NCBI GenBank assembly: GCA_963693365.1
Contig: CAVNZM010000008.1
Location: 4,302,310-4,366,309 of the forward strand
Source: Amoebidium appalachense
Taxonomy: Eukaryota; Protista; Ichthyosporea
DNA: 64,000 nucleotides
Direction of reading: 5' to 3'
The notes under the pieces: generated by a model
Seen by the model: only the letters and a program-made list of their open reading frames with translations
What the model was told of the DNA's origin: nothing
Databases searched by the model: none
Made by a program: the position numbers and the translations under genes
Part shown: in pieces, positions 38,588-64,000 of the stretch
Position numbering within the stretch: the first letter of the stretch is position 1
Layout of the letters: every line of letters begins with the position of its first letter

Positions 38588-39596
38588 AAAAAAAAAAAAA
38601 AGACAAGAAAAAGAGTGGCCCTGCTACACCAATGACATAGTGTAGTTCTAAGTCTGACCACATATCACATGATGTATTTCCATACATATTCAAGCGTGTA
38701 CGTGTGCCTGCATCAGGAAAAAACCGAATGGAATTGGTGTTGACACAGATTCTCATTAATACTTCAGTGTGCAGGCCTATTATAGGTGCATAAGCATCTC
38801 GCTCCAATTGAAAGCTTACGTAAATCATTACATCTCCACCTATACTCCAATGGAAAGCAAACATAGATTCTTGCATCTACCTCTGTACTCTGTGGAGAAA
38901 CCTGAGACCACACAAGGCCGTAACATATGAATCATCAATTGCAAACACACACATCATGCACACACGCACACACGTGTGTGAGCGCACGCAGGGCATGCTA
39001 CACACACACAAAGAGGATGTGTGTGTGTAGCATGCCCTGTAATTAACACCTCTTCCTGGGTTATTCGGTTGTATGGGCCAACTGACCGTGTAATCGTCCG
39101 CCATGTTAGCTGTGTGCTTCTTTGACGCCCTTCCTTTCCCTAACTATTCTCCGTGCTACAGGCAGGCAAGGGGGAAAAGACCCTGTTGGCTTCTTAAAGT
39201 TCGATTTTTCGAAGAAACACAACAACGCCCGGACATCATAGCATCTACGCAGAGGAAAATCGGAGAAAAAACAACAACCCCAGCATGAGCTCAGTCACCG
39301 TGACTCACTGACAGGAGACATGACAGTCAGACGCTCGTCGATAGCTCCCTGGGAAACCTTGCATGCCCAAACAACACACACACACACCAGTTTAACCGGT
39401 CATGTATCGCCAAATGTAGTTTGATAGACCACATAATACCGCAACACACACACGTCACATTCACAACAGACACCCAGAAAGATAGCCTACCTGTAAATTA
39501 CAACATCCTTGATTTTATACTAAACACGCGTAACTACGACCTGTTTATTAGATGTATTGATTGGCTTGAGAAACACATCACTACAAAATTATAGCG

Positions 39597-39673
<77 letters not shown>

Positions 39674-39705
39674 CCAGCTGATACCGAGTGTCCCGAGGGG
39701 AGCCC

Positions 39706-39748
<43 letters not shown>

Positions 39749-40226
39749 GGGGAACCCCAACTAATTGATTTCTCCTTGTAGTCTTTATGGTGTCTCGTAG
39801 AGAAAGTAAACCCTGATATATAGTCACCACCCGACATCTATGTACGTGATCATGATATACCGCTGAGGGGATATTCCGAGCAAACCCCCCCCCCCCCATA
39901 CCTGAGACTGGTTCTCTTTGCCTCGAGTAAACAGCGTAAACCCCCCCTTTAACTGATCTGCCAAAGATTAGCTATATTTAGCTAAATCCAGCTGTCTGCG
40001 CCAATATTTTATTCCATTTATGGCTAATCAGTTCTACATCCAAAATCATGTGGCTCAGTGACGTGCGCTTTTTTCCCTCAGCTCCAGGCTTTTCTTTTCT
40101 GCCAACAACAACCTTCTTCACCACTACCCAGATTGTGGACAGACGCACATTGTAGAGCTTTGAAACATTGCAGTTTTGGAAATAACTGGTTTAAGAAAGT
40201 AAGGGCATAAGAGCAGACAGGAAAAT

Positions 40227-40322
40227 ATGGCGGAGAACAAGGGTGGTGCACGTGGTGGGCGCATACAGCCTGAGGACCCGCAGAAAGGTGTGTGTATGTG
40301 TGTGCGTGTCGTGCGTGCGTGC

Positions 40323-40376
<54 letters not shown>

Positions 40377-40411
40377 ATGTGCCGTGCATGTGTGTGCGTG
40401 CACATGCGCGC

Positions 40412-40467
<56 letters not shown>

Positions 40468-40525
40468 GTGTGTGTGCGTGTGCTTGCATGCGTGCGTGTG
40501 TGCGTGCGCGCACGCATGTTTTTGT

Positions 40526-40583
<58 letters not shown>

Positions 40584-40640
40584 ACACAGTGTGTGTGTGT
40601 GTGCGTGTGTGTGTGCGTGCGTGCGTGTGTGTGTGCGTGC

Positions 40641-40692
<52 letters not shown>

Positions 40693-41599
40693 TTTTGGTT
40701 GTGGGCAACCTATACCCACCTTTTTTTATTCTCGCTCACCTGCGCTTTTATCCTTGAAAAACGACATAAATGCGTTTTGTCCAGTTTCCCCACGTGGCCC
40801 TATCGATTGGTTTGCCAAATGGTTCCCTCTTGCTTGTTCCACATTTCTTTGGTGCGCTTGACATTGAGACATTTTTGGCGAACAGGGCTCCCACAAGGAT
40901 TTTATAACGGGCACCTGCTGTGTTCTTATGCAATTGGGGGCGGTGCTGGGCGGGGAGGTGGGGAAGGGGACGGGGGAAGGGGGGGGAGGGGGGGGAGGGG
41001 GAGAGGGGGAGGGCGAGGGGGTTGGAAGGGGGGGAGAAGCGGAGACGGAGACACATGAAGTTAGAAAACGACGGCAATGGGGAGGGGAGAGGGGGGGGGG
41101 AGGGGGGGGGGGGAGGTCGGGGGAGGTTTGAATCGAGGTGGCCTCATTCTCGTTGTAGCTGTTCTTTCACTGACCCCTCCTCTTTGCACCTCAGACTGCC
41201 CGTTTGCACATCTGCCAGCAGAGCTCACAGTTTCCATATTTGGCCGCCTGCCACTTGCCGACCGTCTCTCCTCCTCCCTCGTGTGCCACGCCTTTGCCGG
41301 ACTGGCCCGGCACAAAGGTGCAGGTCACGTGACCATCACAGTGCCCTCAACAGACAGGGCAGCCAGCACCGAGGACCTCATGTTGCACGTGGCAGGCCTC
41401 AGGGTGTGGGCCAAACAGGTGGGGGGGGTGCACTTGGATGTAAAGAGGTTGGTGGTGTTGTGCAGAGAGCATGGCTTGACCAAAGGGGACATGGAGAGGT
41501 TCTTTGTTGCCTGCTGGAATGAGTTGCCCCCTGCTGCATTGGATAATCTTACGATATTCTTTGCCTTGACAACGGAGATTGAGGTGCGTATGTGATTTT

Positions 41600-41637
<38 letters not shown>

Positions 41638-42996
41638 TTCCCCCTCCCCCCCCCCTCCCCCCCTCCTCCCTTGAAGTTCCCCCCCTCCCCACCGGAGCTC
41701 CCAGTGGGAGAAATCGGTCAGGCTGCTGTCACACTATGGATGACTTGGGTCACTTCACATTCTAAAGAACACAAGAATAAGATTGCTGTTAGTGTTTGCT
41801 TCTTCATATTTTCGTGTTCACTAATGTGCATGCGACTACTTGTCAATGACCGTCTGTTTCTTTGACAATGTGTGGATTAGTATGTATCCGTATAGTGATG
41901 ATACGAATGTAACCACACGCTTTCCCACTGCATCGATTCTTCTATCTAATAATATCTATATTGATAACCGCTGTCGTACGTACCTCTGCCCCTCTCCTGA
42001 GCCCGTTCCCAAACCAAACCTCTCTCCCCCTTCATTGCCGCGTACTTATTTCTCATCCTGCCGTATGTATTCTGTTATGTATTTCCAATAGCCCTTTCGT
42101 AACATGTATCGTAATCAAACCACCCCTTCACTCACCTGCTCATACCCACACACCAGCCAAACCTGGTTTTCTCGCACGGCATTTCTCTTTCTCTTTTCCA
42201 CCAGGCTCGTGAAGGCGTGCCCAGGGCAATCTCCACATTCACCAGCCTGTGTAAAGTCGACAAAAACACGTGTGTTCGTCGGCTCACCATCCATTCTGTA
42301 AAGGAAAGATACCCAAATTTCGGTGACTATGCATCGGCTGTGCTCTGTTCAGCGTGTATTTCCCTCCCCAATCTGGAGTATCTCGAAACCGATAATATGC
42401 CAAACCCGCCCGCCAATCCGGATGTTGAGATCACAGGGCTCCGGAAATTGAAGTCGCTGGCGATGAAAAACGCCGATATCTGGAGGGAAGAATTAACGGA
42501 AACGTGTGGTGAACTGCGAAATTTGGAAGAAATTTTATTCGTGCATCCGCAAACGCGTCGCACGTGCACATCGTCGCGAACCCAATAACCCAAAATATAC
42601 TTTTGGGTATGCTTCAGAAATGCACCAAACTGCGCGAGATAACCGTCGATCATATCGAAGGCGATGTATATGTGTTTCCCCAGCTACCCCTCTTGGAGAA
42701 ATTGACTATAATGGTAGATAACATAGAACTGGACGGGATAGAAGCAAGCACGTCGCTGAGGATTTTCAAGGTTCATTGGCGAGGGCAGTTACGTGGAGGC
42801 ACCATATTTGCGCACGTCCCAACTCGAGGAGTTTTCACTCTGTTGCAGAAATCCTTTGGATTTCTACGAGGAGCTAAACGATACCGAATTTCTGAGAGAT
42901 AACCAGCACACACTGAAGAGATTGAACATTGAGGCAACATGGACACACACAGAGGTGAGTTTTTTCTGACACTGTCTTCTCTCTGCCTCTCCATGC

Positions 42997-43038
<42 letters not shown>

Positions 43039-44090
43039 AAAAAATAATAATAATAAAAAAATCCAAACCCCTAACCCCTCAACCCCCCTCTCTTCCTCTC
43101 TTCCCCTCCCTTCCCCCCGCCATCCCTTCCTCCCTCACTCTCTCTCTCTCGCTCCCTCTCCCCTCCCCCCCCCCCCCTCCCCCTCCCGCCCCGCCCCCCA
43201 CCCTAAAAAAGGGCTCCCCCCCCCCCCCCCCTCCCCCCCCCCCCCAAAAAAAAAAGAAAGAAAGAAAGAAAGAAAGAAAAAAATAGAGAAAAGACGAGCT
43301 TTGAAAAGAAGAGAAATAAAAAGAGAGAGAGAGAGAGAGAGGGAGAGAAACCGTTTTTTGCCCCACCGTGGCACAACTCATCTTGGCTTCCTCACACTGT
43401 GCGAGCGTTGCCCATGATGCACACCACGTTCACACACACACACGTACACATACACCCCACAACAAAAACAACCAAATAACCAATAAAATGAATCGCAGGT
43501 TCTACCCGGTCTGCATGAACTCGAAGAGCTGGAGCTTACAGCACCGTTCACTCTAGGAACGAGAGTTTTTATCTTAACGGGCATTTCGCATTGGTCAATC
43601 ACCCGCACCTATATTTTCTTTCCATCGACAAGTTCTGTGATTTCTCCTCCCTCGGACCAGCCCCGATCGCCCCCCATGAGCTCAGAGTATGTCTTTTTAC
43701 ACGTCTGGATATGCTCACTGACATATCCGCCCTCTCGTCGTGTTTATATCTGGTTGACATTCGGCTGGAATATCTCGACAGTCTCCAGGATATATCCCCC
43801 CTCGGACACTGCCCGGAGCTCAAAACCATTTACCTGCACGACATGAAGGCCCTAACGGACATAACCTCCATTTCCCTCTGCCTCCTTCTGTCCGAACTTT
43901 CACTCATCCGACTAGAACAAGTGCTTGATGTTTCGTGTTTGGCCTTGCCTCAACGTCAGTTTTGCACAAAGTTCATCTGGAGGATATCAACGCAAATGTT
44001 TCTGTGCTGGCGTCGTGTCCGTATTTGCGGGAGGTGACTATTGTGGGTGATGTGGAAGGTGGCAGAGAGCTCCAATCTGCGGTTGAACAT
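40227..44090 (+). pseudogene. F-box/leucine-rich-repeat protein gene with four apparent frameshifts
   Basis: Exons 40227-40287, 41195-41583 (F-box PFAHLPAELTVSIFGRLPLADRLSSSLVCHAF), 42205-42954, 43499-44090 (LRRs LTDISALSSCLYL, LQDISPLGHCPEL, LTDITSISLCLLL); possible last exon near 44540. Splice sites are canonical, but the frame changes near 42550, 42780, 43555 and 43945. Confidence 0.8.
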
Positions 44091-44187
44091 GTAAGCCCTA
44101 ATAGACCCCCCACTCCCAGCCCCTCCCCGTGGAGCGATAGTGGTTAGTATGGTAGTCCCTCTATCCCTCTCACTCACTCTTTCTATC

Positions 44188-44234
<47 letters not shown>

Positions 44235-44364
44235 AAAAAAAAAAAAAAAAGAAAAAAAGAAGGAAAAAGTGGTAGGGGAACCCCCTTCCCTCATACATAC
44301 ACACATACTAGCTCTGCCTCCCGCTCCCCCCCCCCCCCCCCCCCCCCCCTCCCCCTCCCCCCCC

Positions 44365-44420
<56 letters not shown>

Positions 44421-44610
44421 TTCCCCCCGCAACCCACCCCCTCCACCCCCGGCCTTCCTTTCTCTCTATCTCTCAGCTCCCCCCCCCCCCCCCTCCCCCC
44501 CTTCTCTCCCTCCCTCTCTCTCTCTATGTTGGTACGTACAAGTAAAGAGGGTGTTACGATTTCGCTCCCCACAAACTGCCAGTGCATTCCCCCCCTCCCC
44601 TCCCCTCCCC

Positions 44611-44648
<38 letters not shown>

Positions 44649-45178
44649 GCACCACAACTGCTTGTATGTTTGTATTTATGCACATATGTATACCATGTGA
44701 TGTGATCATGTAGCATTCATAACTGGGCCTTTCTCTGACGTCAACCTCTCTCCCGTAGAGAATGGTGGAGGGCCGGGATTGGCTGGATGATGCCTTTGAC
44801 ATGTAATTAACTGTGTGACTGTCGGCCAATAAGACCATCGGGCTGGTTATCGCATGCGACAGCTATGAATACGACAATAGACGAGAGATTGCTGCCTCAT
44901 TCATTGATACTTGCATTGCAATTACATAGACACTTAGGGTGTTTTGATCTTATTGGTCACCCTTAACTGATAATTATAAAAATGTAGCAGGATTCTCCGA
45001 ACCACCTTCGGCTACCCTGTATACCTTTTATAAAAGAGACTTCACTGGGGTATTTCATACATGTATATCAGTCGTCTGTTCTTCCCTCCTAACCCCCCCC
45101 CCCCCCCCCCCCCTCACTCGCTCCTCCCCCCCCGTCCTCCCCCCCCCCCCCAAAAAAACAAACAAACAAACAAACAAA

Positions 45179-45218
<40 letters not shown>

Positions 45219-45510
45219 GTCGCACGCATGCCCTCAAAAAAATTTATGAATTACACAGGGCCTGACCAGTACCACTATATTATCAATTTAGTTCCTCGTG
45301 TTGTGTACATACTGTAGTTGATATGATGTTTGTGCACTGATTAAATAGTTCCGGCCAGAGCGGCCCGTAGTCAATTGCAGAAGTGTTTTGGTCCTCAGAA
45401 ACACCTATGAATCTGAATAAAATTTTGGCAGGGTCGCACCAGGTTTCTCTGCAGGACATACCAGTGCAATATGTCGATCATCCAAGATCTGGAGCAGTTG
45501 GGGCATTTAG

Positions 45511-45562
<52 letters not shown>

Positions 45563-45953
45563 ACCAAAAAAAAAAAACAAAACCAAAAAAAAAAAAAAAA
45601 CACTGTCCGCCACCGATCGAGTGACGGTGCCGCGCATATTTCAACCTTATACAGGCTGAGCAGCCATGCATACCGGTACCGGTATGATCACAAACAATCC
45701 GATGTCGTGTGTGTCGTGTCAGCCGCTTATTTGCTCAGCATGCACGTACACTGATAATAGTATGCAAGGGGTTGCACCTTGGTAAGAATATATGTATGGA
45801 CGTACATGCTTGTAGTGGTTTATCGTTTATGGCACGTGGGGTTTTGACCTATTGGCCGATAGGGGTGGCCAATCCCCCCCTCCCCCCGCCCCGGGGCACT
45901 CATAATCACATTTGACACAAAACGAATGGTGACGGCTCATGATCACATTGCAA

Positions 45954-45987
<34 letters not shown>

Positions 45988-46435
45988 GTTTTAGCTTGTG
46001 CCAAATCATGTCGTTGCCACAGGCAAAATCTTCGGTTACATTATGTCCAGAATTATGTATCTTCTTTATACGGGTTGAATTTGCATGGATATATTGCCAA
46101 TGGATATATACATTCGGGTTGTGTGTCCTTTCAATTCCCTCATTTTCATATTGTGTGAAACTTTCGATACTCTTTTGAAACAATTTGTTTACACAAACAC
46201 TGTGAATGATAAACGATTAAAGAAAAACCATGTCAAAACACCAGTACACCAAAACCAAAATATCGTTGATGAGAAGAAAAAGGGGAAAGGAAAAATAAAC
46301 ACGGGTTTATCCCAAAAACACTGAAACAAAAAAGGAGACTTAACAAACATAACAATACGGCGATACGAGAAACAGGACACTATAATACCCAAAAGTGTAT
46401 GCCTGCCTTACGATACCTCCACAGATCATTAGTTC

Positions 46436-46486
<51 letters not shown>

Positions 46487-46868
46487 ACCCCCACCCCACC
46501 TGATCACAAAAAAAAAACAAACAAAAAAAACAAACAAACAAACAAACAAACAAACAAAAAAAAACACACATCATAACAACCAAGGGAAAGAAAGGAATGG
46601 GAAAAAGAAAAGGGCTGTAGAACGGCCGGAACGACTAAAATACACCAAGCCTGACAGGCACAATCCATCCCCCCCCCCCCCCCCCCCCCTTTCCACGTTC
46701 ACAAAACACACACAGCACACACCCACACCCACCCACCCACACAAAAACACACACACACCTACAACCTACATAGCCATCTGTAACATGCCGGCTCGTTCCT
46801 ACCGCCCATCCACACCCCACACTCAACATAAACACAGGGAATCAATGCAGTTAAAAAAAAAACCCCCA

Positions 46869-61716
<14,848 letters not shown>

Positions 61717-61933
61717 GCTGTCTGTGAGAACACATGTCAGAATCGACAAATAAAAAAGGGGAAAAGAGGGAAGATTCTCACCCGGAAGAAAAAAAAACAA
61801 AAAAAAAACTTAAACGGGTAAATGAGGAGCCGCCACGGGAGAGCAGAATGAGGTTTCTTATGAGGGAAAGAGGGGGGGGGGGGGGGGGGGGGGGGGCAAG
61901 GTGTGTGTGTGTGTGCTTTCGCGAGCGCATGAC

Positions 61934-61974
<41 letters not shown>

Positions 61975-61982
61975 GTGTGTCT

Positions 61983-62021
<39 letters not shown>

Positions 62022-62394
62022 TTTGCTGGGTAATGGGAAAACAGAGGAAGTAAAACCTTGAAAGCCATATGCATCAAGGCACCGTATACGAGATCGGCTA
62101 GCAAGGGTCCTTCCCAAATGTTGAGGAAAGAAGGAAAGAAGTGGCTATGTAGTGCATGGGCTAGTAGTGAGCCAGGTCGGGAGGAAGGAAAAGGGGCGGG
62201 CCGTGGGCGGCGGGCGGGTGGCGCGGGGGCGGGGGGGGGGGGGGGGGGGGGGGGGGGAGAGGGAATGAGGAGGAGAGGAGGGGAGAAAGGGGTGGGGCGA
62301 GGGAGGGAGAGGGAGGGAGGGAGAGAGAAAGGAAGAGGAGGGATGTAAAAGAGGGAGAGGGGGGGAGAAAGGGGGGGGGGGGGGGGGGGGGGGG

Positions 62395-62440
<46 letters not shown>

Positions 62441-62528
62441 AGGGGAGAGAAAGAGAGAGAGTGAGAGTGAGAGTGAGAGAGAATAGGGGAAAGAGAGCGG
62501 GGTGGAGGGGGAAGGGGGGGGGGGGGGG

Positions 62529-62565
<37 letters not shown>

Positions 62566-64000
62566 GAGAGAGGAAGAGAGCGGAAGAGAGAGAGAGAGAG
62601 AGAGAGTGAGAGACAGAGAGAGAGAGAAAAGGAGTGAGTGAGAGAGAGAACTTAATCCTAGCCAAAGAATGGAAACACATTGGCAGACACAGAGCCTTGC
62701 AACCAAAAGGGGTGTTTTATCAGGGAGGAAAGGCGGCTAACTGAAGTAACCAGTGATTTGCGGCAAGCAACAAGGAAGACTTGTTGGATGTAGATGGAAC
62801 ATGGATAACCAGTCAAAAACAATGTGCTTCAGGCAAATGGGAAGTAAACAGCGGCCTGAGAGAAAGGCAATGTTTGTAAAGCGACGCAGCAAGTGCACTG
62901 CCTGTGTGTGTGCCAAGGTTTGTGCATGTATGTCCGTGTGCGTGCATGAGTGGATGCCGGACTGAAATTAGATGGTTGCGCGCGCACACACACACATACA
63001 CAGTGTGTGTGTGTGCGTATGTTCGGGTATGTCTAGTCTCTCTGTATGCGCGAGGTTGTCCACGCGCGAGCATTATATCTAGGCGTACACATATCTATAG
63101 CCATGCATGTGTCCCATACATAGCCTTTCAGCGTGAAAAAAGCCGTATATGCTTCTGCGAAAGAAGTAGAGGTGTAGATGCCATGAAGTGAGAAGAACCA
63201 GAGCAGCAGGATTCCACAAGTAGCCCATCACTGCTTTAGAAATAATTTGCAAGCGCACGAGCAATGGGAAAGGGCCAGTTGATGGAGGTGGCGAAGGGGC
63301 CGCGGGTGGGGGGGGGGGGGGGGGGGGGGGGGAGAGGGGGGGGGGGGAGAGGGGGGGGGGGGGGGCTGAAAGTCTACCTTTTGAACCTTGGTGGTGGCTA
63401 GTCAACAAAGTTGGTTTTCGTTTCTACAAACCCAATTGCACGGGCTTGGCTTCTTTCCACTTAGCTCAAGCGCGGGAAGATGTTTGCTTCGTGCATATAA
63501 ATTCGTGGATCCACACACCGTAAGCCCAGTGTGGAAATGTATACCAAAACCTTTCCTAGGGGGTGCCTGAATGGGAAACGATAAAGAAGTAGCAAAACGA
63601 GGCTAGTTAGCTAAATTTTCAAAGGAAACCCCGCACCTACGTATATATTCTTCTGCTAAAGAGAAGAGAAGTGCGTTTTTACGCAGTGCCCCTCATAGGT
63701 TCCCGGCCCCCGCTTGAGTCTGGCAGTGCGCGTGCGTGTGCCTGCAGTTGTGCCGGCCGAAGATTTTGGGAGCCCGCGCTTTGTCGATCGGATGCACTTC
63801 ATTGGTTTACACCATACTGCTTAGGTAGACGCTTGCTAATCAAATTAGCCAGACTAAATATTTTGCCAAAGAAGAGCACATGTTCATTTTCATCGCACGA
63901 TTACACCCGATCGCTTTCTTCATCTGAAGTATATATCCAGCACAGGCCTACAGGCAGGGTACCAGCCAAGGCCTCCTAGGCTTGGTGCCAGCTCAATCTG

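Overview
Intron-rich eukaryotic genomic DNA, not prokaryotic. Introns and some intergenic DNA are packed with (CA/TG)n, (CT/GA)n and poly-C/poly-G tracts, so almost all entries in the ORF track are microsatellite artefacts. Manual GT-AG splicing with consistent intron phases gives these loci. (1) A tropomodulin-like gene (minus strand, runs off the left edge, one in-frame TAA). (2) A lipocalin with signal peptide, P/T/S stalk and C-terminal transmembrane helix (+, one frame break). (3) A coiled-coil protein with a FEZ/SCHIP-1-like segment (+). (4) A small, probably GPI-anchored glycoprotein (-). (5) TXNDC9/PhLP3 (+, 6 exons, intact). (6) Two tandem disrupted F-box/LRR paralogues (+). (7) Nucleoporin NDC1 (-, about 20 exons, about 671 aa, intact), which hosts a tRNA-Ser(AGA) in an intron. 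The gene set suggests an opisthokont, possibly a holozoan (inference only). The most interesting unexplained signal is a ~105-nt dispersed element seen only inside introns, set in C-runs and nearly always sense to the host gene, with copies from 103/104 identical to highly decayed. A second notable feature is the many 3' splice sites preceded by (CA)n or A-rich sequence instead of a polypyrimidine tract. All homology calls come from remembered family motifs, not database searches.
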